From: Pelomyxa schiedti
Lineage: Eukaryota > Protista > Evosea
Assembly (NCBI GenBank): GCA_020536535.1
Contig: JAHLWZ010000833.1
Location: forward strand, 1-64,000
Direction: 5' to 3'
DNA: 64,000 bases
The position numbers and the translations under genes were made by a program. The notes below the pieces were generated by a model that saw only the letters and a program-made list of their open reading frames with translations, was not told the origin of the DNA and searched no databases. Shown one piece after another: positions 1 to 14,342 of this stretch. Position 1 is the first letter of the stretch; every line of letters starts with the position of its first letter.

Positions 1-1195
1 TGTTGGTATATGTGAGGGCTCCATTTTGATTGGAGATAACTACTTGAATGACACAATCACGATTTACACTCTGGACACGTCTACCGATCCCCCAGTATCA
101 ACAGACATGCATGTGCTTATTATTGAATGAATTAATCAAAATGCAAAGTAAAAAAGCAAATTGCAGCACACTTGCCTGACTGAACAATTTGCAGATATAC
201 AATACTTGACTTTGCCTACCAAAGGGGGTGCATTGATAACAGTGACAACATTGTGTATCTGTTCTATGGCAAAGCCAATCAACCACACAGAATCGACGCT
301 CTGGATCCCTTCACAGGGAAGCTTCTTTATTTCGGGTGTGCCCCGCCTCCTTTCTGTCACTCACTCACTCATTATTTCTTTGAACTCAAAGCCCAGAGTT
401 CACTCTACCTGAAGGAATAGAGGATGTCAAATGCGATTCTGTCTGGCACACTGTGATTCTCGCTAGCACTCCTTCTCAGCATCACTCTGTGGTGGTCTAC
501 AATGCTGTTCCTGCAACTGGAGAAGTTACCGTGATGGCGGTCTACAATGCCAGCGATTACCAATTGCAATTGATGTACACTCTCACATTTCAACCTTCTC
601 TGCCTGAATCCTCACAGTCCTGGGCAGCAGGCCTATGACAGCCAATCACATCAATACATCTTCCCGAACGAGTACCTGCAAAAAATTGAAAATGGAATCC
701 ACTTCAACTTCGGGACTCTGTTAGCTTTCCAACTTGACAACGGGACTATTGGGGAATATCCCTGGGAAACTGAAGACTGGAATTTTCAGGTTTCAGTTTC
801 CCAATCCCTTGTTGATTTCATTCACACATTCCTCACAGTCCCCGTCAGCAGTTGTTGGGGGTGAATACCTTCTTGTAATCGGAATGTTCTCCCGCTCCCT
901 GGCAACCCAAAGTAAGCAGCAATTGTACCTAGCTGCCCTTCTGAACTTGGAGATGATGGACTACAAAGCCGGTCCTACCTACACAGATGTAGGGGGCGAC
1001 TATGTCATGATAGACACTATCTGGGGGGTTGGAACGGCATATATTCCACAAATCAACCATTTCTTTGGCTACGAGGCCCCCACAAGGTCACGGGGTTCTT
1101 ATCTCTTGGACTGGGATGTGGACACAGGGATAAGAACCAAATCCCAGCAATTTCTTGTTGAACCTCTCACTTGGGTTTCTTATCTCACTCCATGA
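1..1195 (+). CDS. 3' part of an intron-containing hypothetical protein (truncated by window start)
   Basis: Consecutive + strand coding blocks (161-412, 453-638, 734-1195) separated by intron-like gaps, ending in TGA at 1193-1195; no recognisable domain. Confidence 0.5.
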
Positions 1196-1220
1196 TGAAA
1201 GTTAAGAACTCATTTTACTT

Positions 1221-4200
1221 TTACTTGTGCAAAAAAGTGGTGTTGTCAGAGGAGAGATACAGATTCGGAGGGTCGGAATGTGGAGATTCGAAGTCCTCCT
1301 CGATGAACCTTTCTGGGGAGTAGCCAAGTCACTGATTATCTGCTGTTACGAGTACCCCAACGACCATCAGATGGCCTCTGCCCCAGGATGCACCCACTTT
1401 TGGGTACTTCCCACTACCAGAAGATACTTCTGCTTTTATTTCTTTCTTTGACTACAAAAATGTTTCCGGCACGTTGTCGCGCCGGAGGGATGGGCGATTT
1501 CTAATTACAGAGCCTTTTTATTTGCTGACGCCGCAATCATGGCATTGGCGAAACTTAGGAAGACATTGAGTGTGCATTGGGATTGGGTGGGAGCATACTC
1601 TTGGGACAGCCGCTGGAGGGAGATCTCGAAAGTCTCCTTTTCTTCTTTGGCTTTATTCAGATCGTGTTTGAGCTGTGTCATCTCTTCCTCCATAAGTTGT
1701 ACCTGGAAGAGGGTTTATCCTTTAGATGAGGGAGACGGTTTCGGGAGTTGTTAAACTTTATTTTGCAGTGTTTCTAGAGTCAATTCCAGCTGACGAATGT
1801 GTGTCAGCGCTTCCTCATACTGAAGAAAAGTTAGAAACTGTTAGGAATATGTAGAATCACCTTTTCCGTAGGAACAGATGCCTCTAGTTGTGTGACAAGT
1901 TGGTTGATAGTTGAATTCCTCTCGTTGATCTCGGCGTGCGCCGTCTCGAGTTTCTGCTTGAGTTCTTGACATGTGGAAGTTGCCACAACAAGGGCCTGTT
2001 GGGTAGCTAGTGAGAACACAAGGCTTTAGTACACTTGGTGGGTACTTGCGCCTGTAATTCTGTCTGATCCCCAAGGCTTGCAACTTGTTGTTCACTCAAT
2101 TCCAAGAGCTTGTTCAACTCGACTTCACGGTCCTGAGAGGAAAGTAGGTGGGTAGTGACATTTGGAATGAGTGTCAGACCTTAATTTGCTCAGTCAGTGC
2201 TGCAACTTGTATTCGCAGGGAATCAGATTGTGATGCCTGCTCGGCATACCTCTTCCTGAAATCGGCCTCCAAGGATCTGGTGGCAAGGTCTGTGTCAAGC
2301 AATTTCTTGTCTGCTTTGTTGCATTCCTCGGTTTTTCGAAGTAAAGCATCAGAAGCTTCCTGTCATTGAGTTGTTATGTATTCAGTTTAGGGGAAGAAGG
2401 AGCGAACTGTAAGTTTTATCTTTGTCTCTTCAAGGGTTTTGAGAACTGCTACTTTTTCACGCTGTAGGAGTCAAGTTAAAAGAAAAAAAAAGAGAATTTG
2501 AAACTTTGGCTTTTTCTTCCTCAGCTGCAATATCATTTTTCAACTGTGCAAGTTGTTGTTCTTTGGCAGATAACCTTTGCTTTATTCTTGAAAAAAGAAA
2601 AAAGGGTTTGCACAAACTTCAATGAGAATTCACCCATTTCTGAAGTTGTTTTTGCCAATTCATTTCCCATATCTGAAAATCTTTCCTTCCATCTGTTCGA
2701 GTCAGTGAGGCGAGACTCAGCCAGGTCACTGAGTTTTTTACATTGTTGAATGAGAGTTTGCTCGTGTTGCTCTGTAGTCTTTTGTTTGAAACAAGATGAA
2801 CTAAGAAGGAACCAATTGTAGTGGGAAGAAAACTTTGAGTTTATCTTGAAGTTGTGTGACCATCTCCTCTTTCTGCCTAAACTCTGTTTTTAGTTTGTCA
2901 GTTTCCAGTTGGTGTTGCTTTGCAACTTCTTCAAGGTGTTTGGCACTCTGTAGTAAAAATAAGACAGAAAAACGTATGTGATGGAGAGTCAACTTGCTGC
3001 TGCAACTCAAGACGTTTCATTAAATTAGAATTGCTTTGCTTTTCTGCAGCAAATAGCGTTTTAAACTGAAATGATTGTAATCAGTTTTTTCTGAGGGGAA
3101 TAAATGGAGATGAGCTTCTTACATCCTCAAGTTCTGCAGCTTTTGCTGCAACCATCTCTTTTTGTAATGTTAAGTCACTTTTGGCTACAGATGCCTCTGT
3201 TTTGGCCACATCAAGGCCGGATTTAATTACAGTAATCTCTTGACTGAGCTCAAATATTTTCTACACAATAGTTTCTTAAGGCCGGTGGGAATTTTGTTAT
3301 ATAAAAAAAAACGAATATGAAGATGTTGCAGTTGAGTTACCTTTTTTGCCTCGGCCATTTCATTATTTTTGGAACATAAAATTTGTTCGACATCAGAGAG
3401 CCGTCTGAATATTTGTATAAAAGAAGAGAGTAGTGGATGGTAAACACCTCAGCTCCACTGTCATTGTGGCGATATTTTCTTTCAGCTGTGAAATGACTTT
3501 TTTGCTTTCTAGTTCGCTGTTCAAAAGGTTTGACTCTGTATCCTCCAACTTCGTCGTTGTAAGAAAAAGAAGCAGCCGGGAAAACAACCTTGCTTATACT
3601 CTCCTTTTGAGTGTGGAGCCTTTGCTGAAGATTCTGATTGGTATCCTCTAAGTTAGTCACTTGTGTAGATAGGTCGGCAATTGTTTGACTGGCTTTGGAA
3701 AGGGTGTCCGCCTGGAATAAGGTAATTATGTAGAGCGGAAAAAGGAAACGAAAACGATTACCTTGGAGGAAAGTTCTGTTTGAGTGCGACTCAGAATTTC
3801 TAAAGCTTGCTCCTTATCATGCAGATATTGCTGAGATGTATTGTTGTGTTGTGTGACTAGCAGTTCAGATGCTGTAAGTTTTTGACTTGTTTCATCACAG
3901 AGTGATTTAGCTCGGTCTAGTTCTTGTTGTTGCAAGGAGAAAAGTTCACGCCATCTGTCCGATTCTTTTTTCAAGTCTAACTCTGCTGCTTGTCTTTCCC
4001 TTTTGATTGCTTCACTTCTCTCTTCAGAAGTTGTTCGTTTTAGTTTGGACATTTCTTTGATTGTTTGGTCTCTTTGTTCTTCTGCATCCTTCCGGCCTTG
4101 CTCGGCAGTTTCCAGAGAGAGTTGCAGTTTTGATAGCGTGGATTGGCATTGTTCCCTTTCCATCTCAATTTTACTGACAGCAAGTGATAACTCGGAAACT

Positions 4201-7200
4201 TTCTGAGTGAGCTCGGAATTGTTCTGCTTCAATTGGTCAAGCTCTTGCTGCTTCTGTTTGCGAGTTTCAATATAAGCTTCCAGATCTCTTGTGCAAGTCA
4301 TTAGCTTCGTTTCTGCCTCATCATTAAGCATCTGAAGCTTGGAAACTTTGTTGTTTGACTCAGAAAGCTCATTTGCGAGTTGTGATATCTGGGACAGTTG
4401 CGAATCACGAAGGTCAGTTAATCCTTTAAGTTCTGTCTTGACAGAACTGAGGTCACTATGCAATGATGCAATGGTTGCCTCCGAGTTTTCACACCTCTTC
4501 TTAATGGTGGTATTTTCAGCAGTAACAGTTTCAAACTTCGATTTCCATTCTGTAACCTCAGCCAGATTGCGTTCAATAACCTCTCGAAAACTAGGTGCCA
4601 TTGCTTGACAAGGTTTCTCAGTTTCAGGTGGTTGGTCTCCCTCAGTTGTCTGAACAGGCATACCTCCTTCTTTCTCTCGGGACTGTGCTTCAAGCTCCAT
4701 CCTGGCGGCTTTCTCTTTATCTGCAATCTTTTGAGACTCGGACAGTCTTTGCTTAGTGAGGTTAAGTTCGCCCTTCAGTTCATTAGTTCTCCTTTTTTTG
4801 GCTAAAAGGTCCCGCTGTGTATCTTCCAACTGTGCGTTCATTTTCGATGCAGATTGAGTGTGTTCTTCAATTTTGCGTTGTGCTTCAGAGTATTGCGCGC
4901 GAAGGCTCGTTAGCTCTTTTGTGCTGGTATTAAGCTCACTTGCGAGGGAGTTGGTTTTAAGTTCGAGAAGATGTTTTTCACTGGAGAGTGCCTCTATTTT
5001 CGTGTTCAACTGCAGCACATTACTCCTGAGTTCATCAAGAGCAGTATTATGAGCAAGGTTGGCAGTGTTAGCTGAATTTTTGAGAACTTCTGTCTGGTAA
5101 ATAAATAGCTCATTAGGGATTGAATCGAATTTTGGTGGCAGAGAACCTCTTCTGTGAGAAGGTTTATCTTTGCGTTTTTGTTCTCAATCTGAGCCTGAAG
5201 TTGCTGCATTGCAGATAATACCTCTTGTTTTTTGGATGTTTCGCGTGTAAGGTCTTTATCAACTGCCTCTCTGTGGGGACGATGAGTAATAGTATTTTAA
5301 AAAAGAACTTGAACACGCACTTCTCATCATGGAGTTGACCAATTTTCTCTTGTGCCTCCTAAGTACAAATCAGTGATAGTTAGTCGGTGCTTCAAGGAGG
5401 GCCAAATTTTACTTGCAGTTGGGAGCAAGCCGATTTGAGTTTGTCTGAAGTTATAGTGCACTCCTGAATTGCGTCCTCAGTACGCTTTTTCCATTGCAGA
5501 ATGTCCTTCTCAGCGATTTGTAGTCTCGATTGAAGATCAGCATTCTTCACTTCTTTTAGAAATATTCTTTACGTGGAGTGCAGTGTAGTGTCATGCAGTT
5601 GATGAGGGTTATTATAACCTGCTTCTCCGCTGTTGCCAACAGGGATGCTCTCTCTTTCGCCCACACATCTCGCTGCTTTCCTTCCTCCGCCAATGCCATA
5701 TCCTTATTATTTGCAACTTGATCTTGGGACTGCTTCAACTGATCTTGGGTCTGGTTCAGCAGACGCTGGGTCTGCTTTAGTTGATCTTGGGTTTTATTCA
5801 ACAGATCTTGTGTGTCCGTCAGTCCTCGTTTGTGCTGTTCAGCAGTACTTTTGGTATCTTCTAGCTTGGCCGTCAGAGAAGAAATACTTTGCTTGAATGA
5901 ATTTTCTTCTGTTTGCATCTTTGCCACTGTTTCATGGACTTCAGAAAGCTGTCGCCGTAACTGCATTGATTCAGCTTCCAGTTCAGCATTTTTTGAACTG
6001 AGTTTGATGTCCTTTTCTTCAAATTTTTTCAGGTCTGCACAGTACCCAGATAACTGTTGCTTCAGTGACTCCACATCTTTGTCACTTTTGTTCAATGCCT
6101 CAGTTAAAAATGTGATTGTCTTTTCTTGGTCAGAAGATTTTCTTCTCACAATATCAACTTCGGCAATGAATTTGGCATCCGCAATAGCTTTTTCCGATGT
6201 CCTATCTTGGGACTGTTGTAGAGCTTGTTGCAATTGTTGCACAGTTGCTCTCAGTGCTCGAACTTCTTCGGTGTCATTAATATTTGGTACAGGTACACCA
6301 CCACTGCTATGAAGGGGATTTGGCTCAGTTTTAGGGGGCTTTTTATGTGTTATTTCAAGGTTAGCACGATTTTCCCCCCTTTTTAAAAGAAGAGCCATAC
6401 ACTATTTGTAGAACTTGCTGGTGTAGGTGGTTGCGTTAGAGGCTTTGCAGGCGTTGGGGGTGACACTGATGGAGTAACTTCAACAACCGGGGTACCAACT
6501 GTCTTATTTGTGTAGAAAGCAAGGTCAGTGGGCATATGATCAAAATCAGTTTGTTGGAGGTAAGCCATCATTTTTGTGGTATCTTGTGGGAAATAAGTTG
6601 AGAACCAGAAATGAACAGTTGCGGTACCGTGAGTAAAATCTACCACATCAAGCGGGCCTAAGATCCCCAAAAGTAAACCAGTTTTCTCTGTGGAGTGAAA
6701 AATTGAATGTGGGTCGTACCATTCCCTGTCGCGAGTCATGTCAATAAGTTATCATATGATAGTTGTAGTGTAGTGAGTGGAAGGGGGTTTTTTATCCACA
6801 AATTACCTTATGAGATTTGTGTTTTGGGTGATGGCATCCAGTATATCAACGAGTTGTTTGGTAAAAAGGGCATACTGAATGACAGCTCTGCCTATTTAAG
6901 TGTGAGGGAAAAGGAATGGAAAAGGAATGGAAACTACCCTTCCCTCTTGGGGTCTTGGCTTTTGGTAAAGCATTTGCAGTATCAAAAACCTTTTTCGCTT
7001 TCCTACTTTGCTGGAGGAATTCAATGTAGTCCTTCTTCTTTTTGCCTCCAAAAAAGGAAAAAACTTTTGGTTTGTCGTTAGAACCAAGGATTTTTTCATG
7101 TGGGAGTTTTTTTTTTTTTTGGGTGATTGCCAACAAAATAGTCACTTAACAAGTGCACTTTGTGTGAGTGAACTACCTTCTCTCATTCCAACAAGTAGCA

Positions 7201-7519
7201 GTTGCTCAATGGCAATGCACACACGACCATTGAGCTTTTGCGCCTGAGCCAGTGACCCGAAGTCAAACTTTGTCACCTCCTCCCCCTGGTCGTTGGTTCC
7301 ACACGATGCGCCCAGAATGTCCTGGACCGCGGCCGCAAAATCGTCCATCATCTGTTGCGTCTGCAGCGGCGCGTCCTGCGCCGACACCACCAATCCAGAC
7401 GACGACGTGTTGAGCGCGTTTGGCGATGGTGTTGCGCCGGGCGACGGCGTTTCTGGCTGCGAAGAAAGGCCCGACAGCAGCGACGAGAACGAGGTTGGCG
7501 ACGTAGATGGGTTGCTCAT
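1221..7519 (-). CDS. RUN-domain protein with very long coiled-coil (multi-exon)
   Basis: Start MSNPSTSP at 7519. RUN-like motifs RVCIAIEQLLLVGM, KTPRGKG-RAVIQYAL..KQL and EWYDPHSIF..LLGILGPLDVVDF, followed by E/K/Q/L-rich heptad exons (e.g. 3726-5018, 5556-6398). The last exons and the stop at 1221 are my manual splice. Confidence 0.75.
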
Positions 7520-7778
7520 CGGAATGAAGCGGTCTCTCCGTAACCCAGGGGAGTCAGACACGGCCACAATAACAACGAAACTGTTTTTTTTGGCCGTTCG
7601 AGATCTGATCGTTCGGTCAAACTCACTTTCATCAATCTGACACACGATCCGGGGTCTGCTGCCACACTCAACATTTTCATCTGGAACGTTCCAATCAGCT
7701 CCGTTAAGGGGTGTGAGGTGTCAGAGGTTTTCGTCTGTTTCCATCAGGAGACAAAAAGAATAAACAGAATAAAAAAAA

Positions 7779-8658
7779 ATGAGGAAGAGGGCAACGACAC
7801 GCGACGGGAGCGATGATGACGAGATCTACGGTGATGACGAGAGACCACTGGACGCACAACGTATGTTTGTTGTAGTATCTTAATAATAAACCGAAAACTA
7901 GAGTGTAAGATCATTGCCGACGAAATGCAAGTCGCCAATGCAAAGCAGTCCTTTGTGGCACAGGTGTGGTGTTTTTTTCCTCCTCTTGACCCTTATCAAT
8001 TGCAGGTATTTGTATGTGCGTGCGTAATTGGGTTAGCCTGTGTCAAACTTTACTTTGCTTACTGGTGCTTCACAGCTATTGTGGTACCGCCCCATAGAAG
8101 TAGTAAAAGTTATTTATTATACACTAGTTGATAATGTCCACCCAAAGCTCAACTTTCACCACTTTCCCTTCTCTCCCCTGTTCGTTAAAACTGAACAGGT
8201 ATCCAGACCACACCTGGTTAGAACACAAAGACGATGTCTTGTGTACCCGGCACCCACACTACCCTCTCTTGGACCATCTGAACGGTACATTACTTAGTGC
8301 ACTGGAACTCACAAGTGCCCTGTGCTTCGTGCTTTGTGCTTTGCATATCATACCGCCATTTGTGACCCAACAAAATTCCTGGTTGGCATTGATTCCACTC
8401 ATTGTGTCCATGATTGGGTTTTGGCTATCACTTCACTGGCTTCATGGCCCGACATTACTAGACAACACAGTTGACACCAAGCAACACAGTTTCTGGCTCA
8501 TTGCCCACACCCCTCTATTTGGTGCAGTGTGGTTGTTTGGGCTTAACTTTATCGTATCAGTGCTGGTCGCCTACATGAGAAAGATCATAACAGACACGTC
8601 CAAAGCCATCAACGACCTCTCCCTCTCTCAAGCTGCCCAGTGCACCAAAGTCATCTAA
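7779..8658 (+). CDS. Uncharacterised multi-pass membrane protein
   Basis: Acidic N-terminus (MRKRATTRDGSDDDEIY), helix EMQVANAKQSFVAQ, several hydrophobic segments and C-terminal AYMRKIITDTSKAINDL; several short introns, exact junctions unresolved. Confidence 0.55.
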
Positions 8659-8787
8659 CATAACCCAAACAAACATATGTCAAATACCCACCACTGCACT
8701 GCACTCAAAAGGAGCAGCACAACCAGCCGTTCTCTATCACACATTGGACCCAAGTACAAACAAATCAATCTTTTTGAAAAAAACAAA

Positions 8788-10026
8788 ATGAACGTTGAAC
8801 AGAATGCCAGGGTACCGATTCACTCGCAACGACAACCAAAGCTTTACTCACGACACAGGGATTCCCGCAAAATGTACCAGGGGGCACTAAATTGATGGGG
8901 CTGCTGCTGGTCGTCTGCTTCATTATGGGTGGGTTCGTGCTGAGGGCTGAGTTGCCACCGATCACGTCGGCGGTCGCTACGACAAATGGTGGAAGCAACT
9001 CCCATAATGAGCAGGCGGTGGTGCCGAATGCAGTCACTCAAGAGCAGTATTACTCGCGTATGAGAGACAGACCTGCTTATGTGCTGGCAATCAATCCAGG
9101 ATTGTGGGTCTACCACCATTTCTTGTTGGATTGTGATTACTTTTTTTTCTAAATTCCTTTATAATGGAGCCTTAATAGTTTAATTTATGATTTTCTTTCT
9201 GACTTGGCTTATTGCAAACAGCTATTGGCGAGTTTGGACAATTTTCACTGCTGGTTTTTTCGAGATAAGTATACTTAGTGTATGTCCGTTCCTTTTTCCT
9301 GCACATTCCAAAACTCTGAAACGGCCCTTACACTATAGTTCATCTTTTCGTTGGTACTTGTAGCTATAATCGGCAGTCAAATAGAAATACTCTGGGGAAC
9401 TCACGAGTTCTTGCGATTCGCAGCTATTGTCACTTTCGTACCTTATTCTATTGTGTGGCCTTTGGTTACATTTTTTTCGCCTGTGGCGAGGAGCGCTCCA
9501 AATGTCTGTGGCGTCATGCCATTGTTGGTCGGCTTTTCTGTTGCTCTCAAGCAGCTAGACCCCAATAAAGTCATGAACATGTTATTTGTGTATACCATGC
9601 CAATGAAGGTTTGTTCCCTCTAAAGGATATAAAGCTGTACCCTAACCCCAAACCTCGTAGTATTTACCACTAGTAATGGTTGTATGTAGTCTGATTTTCG
9701 GATTGCTTGGGACTCTATGGATGTTTCCCCTCTCAGTTATGGGAATGATTCTCGCTTGGGCATACCTTCGATTCTGGCAGAGTCATGGCCAATCGGCACT
9801 CAAAGGTGATCTCTCTGAGCAGTTCTGTTTTGCAGATTTTTTCCCAGAGCCACTCAGGTATTATCCGAGACCCCAATTACACAACAACCTAAACACCACT
9901 AACCTGCACTCACACGTTCTCCCACAATTACTTCACAGAGGGTTTGTATCACGTATAGAAACTGGCTCTAGGCCGTCTTCCAGTTCCAGTTCCACACACG
10001 CACCTCCCCCAGCCCAAGTGATTTGA
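8788..10026 (+). CDS. TMEM115: TMEM115 / DUF1751 rhomboid-like membrane protein
   Basis: Motifs YWRVWTIFTAGFFE, IEILWGTHEFLRF, GFSVALKQL, AWAYLRF and KGDLSEQFCFADFFPEPLR are characteristic of TMEM115. Confidence 0.85.
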
Positions 10027-10240
10027 GCGCCCCAACCAACACTAGGCTTGTCATACAAAAAATAGGAAAGAAACATGAAACAACTGGTTTTTTCCCCCTG
10101 AACTGTACCTATGTGTCAGATGAAGGTAAACACCCTCAAGGTGGGGCGGCATTCCACTTCCTTTAGGGAATTTGGGCTGTTGAACCCCTTCGCCAAACCA
10201 ACCAACTTAAGATTAAAACAGAAAAAGAAAAAAAAAACAA

Positions 10241-10756
10241 ATGTCACTGTCAGACGAAGACGGGGACGACTACCCAGACGATGGCGCCGGCGACGACGGA
10301 GAGGACAACGTGGACGACGACGCCCAAGACAACGTAGACGACGATGACGACGTAGCTGCGGCGACCCGCTCCACGTCGAGCACGACCTCGTCGTCGTCGT
10401 CGTCGGCCTCGAGATCCACGTCGTCGCTGCTGGGCGGCTCGGCCTCCACCGACGGCGCGGAGTTCCGCGTGATCGAGCTGAGCGTGGTGGAGAGGGAGCA
10501 GCGCGAGGTGACGGAGAGGATAGCGGCGCTGGCGTCGATGCCGCCTGGGCAGGCCGAGCTGCTCCTTATCTGGGCGCACTGGAAGGAGGAGAAGCTCACC
10601 CAGGACTACTTCGACAACGAGGCAAAGGTGCGCGTGTGTGGTGTGAATGTGCTAATGTGTTAGTGTGAGAGTGCCTTCCTTCATTGGTTTGGGTGCGATT
10701 TGTTTGTTGATCCCTCATGTTGTTGATGGTGTTGGTGTTGTTTGGTTGGGCTTGGC

Positions 10757-10824
<68 letters not shown>

Positions 10825-12514
10825 TCGATTGATTCATTGATAAGTGTACTGAACAAAATAAAAAGGTTTGCCGCTCTGCAGGTGTAATTATAAAGCCAAA
10901 CCACGTAGCTAGAACTACTGCAAAAACGCCAGTCAAATGCTTGATATGTTGGGAGTCTGTACCTGAGTCACAGACCTACTCGTTGTCTTGTGGGCATAAA
11001 CCCTACTGCGATCAGGTTGGAAAAGTTTCTTGGAAGTTGGGAGTACTCATACTCTCTTGTAGTGCATTGGTGAGTACATTAAGGAGAGAATTCAAGGTGA
11101 AGGGCGTTTCCTTGTTACGGTATGCATTGCCATCTTGCCAATATAGGCCTGAGCTTATCATCAGTGCCCTCATCCAAAATGTATATCATTGTATCCCGAT
11201 GATGCTATGAGACAATTTTTACCTGATGCACTTTATACCCGTTTCAGGAATTTCATAACCCGTTCACATGTTGAAGCCCAAACAAAAATGCGCTGGTGCT
11301 CCAACCCGAAGGTTAGACGTTTTGCTTTCTACTCACCATCTTACATTGGTTCTGTCTTAAGAGTTGCGGAAGAGTTGTAGAATTCACGGGATTTGGTAAA
11401 CCACCAGACATTGTTACTTGTACTTGTGGGTTCACATATTGTTGGATATGCGGGCATGAGCAGCATGACCCTGTTACTTGCGATCAGGTTTGTTCTTATC
11501 CTTTTCTTCATCTCGTAATGGTGATAGGTGAAAATATGGGAAGAAAGGGGTATGGATCCTGATGCTCGTCTTACCATGATGTGGGTACGCTCCAACACCA
11601 AGCCGTGTCCCAAGTGCAACCGCCCTATTCTGAAAAATGAAGGCTGCAATCACATGGTAATTTGGTTATGTCATACTAAAGCGCCTTATTCAGCATCCCA
11701 CAGACTTGCAGGAAACCTGGAGGTTGTGGCCACGAATTCTGTTGGCTTTGCAGAGAGGTACTTCCCCTAAATCTATAAAAACACGGAAATGGTATTTTAC
11801 ATCTTGTAAAGGACTGGTCCACACATGGCTCACATACAGGAGGGTACTTCTCCTGCAACCGTTATGAGAAGTCCAAAGCAAAGGAAATTGACGATGGGGC
11901 TGCCCGTGAAAAGGCGGAACTGGATCGCTATCTACATTATTACAACAGGTTCTTCAATTATGAATCTGATCTCAAGGTAGATTGAACAACTTGAGTCAAA
12001 CCAACAAATGCAGATGGCAGATGAAAAAAGACAGGCTGCACGCAGGAAAATGGAGGCATTCCGACGAGAAGGTGATACTGACATCACCTCCAAGAGATAT
12101 GGTTGCAGTTGCGATTTCATAGCTGAGGCTGTGGAAGTTGAACTGCAGTGCCGCAGGCTACTCAAGGTTCTCTTTTGAAGATTTATTTTCGACATTAACG
12201 CACTGCAGTATACCTACATCATTGCGTATTTCTTCCCCGACAAGGCCACAGAGAAGGAATTTTTCCTCTTCCAGCAGGCCAACCTTGAAGGTATCACAGA
12301 ACGCCTTGCAGACATGAATAAGGCTGACCTTAAGGTTTTCCTTACCTTTCCCGTGAAATCAATGTAACCACCACAACCATAGGACCTAAATGATGATCTT
12401 CTCCGAACCCGCATCCGCACTACTGCCCATTATCGGGAAGGAATGACTGCTGCAATGGCGGAGGCCGCAAGTAAAATGAAACTTACAAGAGACCCTACCA
12501 CCTCCTCCTCTTAA
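10241..12514 (+). CDS. Ariadne-family RBR E3 ubiquitin ligase (ARIH1-like)
   Basis: Acidic N-terminus, [16 protein letters not shown]1 ([14 protein letters not shown]), IBR ([22 protein letters not shown]), RING2 ([30 protein letters not shown]) and Ariadne domain ([12 protein letters not shown]). Confidence 0.93.
10757..10824. repeat. (TTA)n microsatellite, about 22 units, in intron 1 of the Ariadne gene
   Basis: Perfect trinucleotide run seen directly. Confidence 0.97.
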
Positions 12515-12576
12515 GTAATAAATAAAATAAGGCACAAAAGTTTTTTTTGTTATTCTCTTATTAGCGTATGTGTAGT

Positions 12577-14342
12577 TTAGAGTCGTAGGGGTTTCGGCAG
12601 TACCACACCCCAAGCTAGTTCAATAATTTGTTGAAGAACAATGAGTGACACATTTGTTTGGAAAAGTGAGCACTGTGAGTCTTTTTTCCAGCCAACCAGT
12701 AGTGGCTTGACTTGGAGAAAAGGTGGGTGGGAGTGCACAGTAATGTTCTGGATCACAACCACTTTGTTTGCATAGCTGAAGCAGCAAATGAGGGTCATTC
12801 CAGGAGCCCATTGGTGCAGAGTCTGTTTGTTGGGAGGTGACAACGACATGAAGTGCAGGCGCCTTTGAAAGGGGTTGTTGTCAGACTCGATGCTGAAAAG
12901 GTCGCGGGCAGCAAGAATTCCGTAAGTGGAAGCGGAAGAGAGACTTGTGGATAGAGATGCACAGCCCGGCTTTGGGAGTGCTTGCACAACCATGAGAGTT
13001 CTGTAGCGACAAGTTGCCACCACAACACCATAGTTATCTCGAATAGATAGCACTATGGTGGCAGCGCCGCTAATGTGCATTGATTTTGCGGAGGCCACAG
13101 AGACAGCTGGAAGCGGTGTACTGCTGATTCCAATTGAGTGGGAATGGCGATGTCTATGAACAGTATTGACAGGCGCAGAAGAGGGGGCTGTCACTTCCAC
13201 AGGCAATTCAGAAAGGTTGGAAGCAAGTGCGGCACCGTGGGTGCCAACAACAGCACATGCTTTTGGGTCAGAACCCCATGCAACTCCATACACACTGCCA
13301 ATTGGCCCCACTGGGTTCTGCAGGGACCAAGATGAAACCACAGCTTTAAGTGGCTTGGACCACGTTGCCTCCAACAGAGTTTTTGTGTGCAAAATGGTTG
13401 TTCCGGCGATTATGTAAGTCTCATCAGGCGAGAAGGTGCAATGATGGGAACCGTCCCCAAACAAAATGTGAGTCTGTGCCGCAGCAGTTATTTTAAGCCG
13501 GCAGCACTTTTCACGATTCCTCGTGACTCCTACGTAGTGTTCCTCCTCACACTGTTGATGTTGTGAGTCAGATACCCCAGGAGGGTCCCATAATCTCGAA
13601 CGCAAGCTGGAACCGCACGTAGTGGCGGTGGGGCAGAAAGTGCCGGAAATAGACCAGACTGTCAGCTCGCCACCCCAGCAGAATGAAGCCAACTTGGTCG
13701 CGGCGGAATTCAGGCCGCAACCGGCTACAATTCCGCCGCATCTTACGGCTGAAATTTCTATCCAAGAGCCGTCACAGCACAGACAACAGCAGCAGCGCGC
13801 GAGGCTGGTGATAAAGGCATTATGGGAGGAGCACGATGAGGAGGTTGAGGTTTCAGAGAGTGAGGACTGAGTGTGATTATGGGCTGGGTCAGGGTGCCAG
13901 ACCCATAATCGCACGAGGAGGTCTTTGCAGCCACCGGCGATGACTGTTGGTCGCCGGGAAACTGATAGTGAACAGATCATCTGAGTACACGGTATCGTCC
14001 ACAACTTTGAAAGATCAGAAGCCCGGTGCACGTCTAGAACACTGGATTCATCTTGGGGCCCTTTTTAGAATAGCCTGATTAGGCGCACAAATTGCAACCG
14101 TTTTTCGACACGGCCACTTCGTAGCTGATGGTAGCGAAGCACAAGACAAGAAAAAAATGAAAAGAAATAAGGACGGGAAGAGCAGTCTCGGTACCTTTGA
14201 AAGTAGACAGTACAAAAAAGGAGCCATCAGGAGACCAGCAGCAGGATTTAGCGTAACTCTGCAGAGTAACAAGGTTGGACGAACTAGATAGAGTTAGGAA
14301 GGGTGCATTTCTAGGCCAACACAATTCGTACCACTTTGACAT
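12577..14342 (-). CDS. WD40-repeat-like protein
   Basis: WD-like blades CCWSPDGSFFV, IAGGCKDLLVRLW, GGELTVW, CTFSPDETYII and VYGVAW; 3' end approximate. Confidence 0.6.

Noticed and set aside
1221-1500. Possible C-terminal FYVE finger on the RUN protein (CRKHFCS string)
   Set aside because: The string is followed quickly by a stop and lacks the WxxD, RRHHCR and remaining Cys pairs.
10596-10904. ORF with a poly-isoleucine run
   Set aside because: Artefact of translating the intronic (TTA)n microsatellite.
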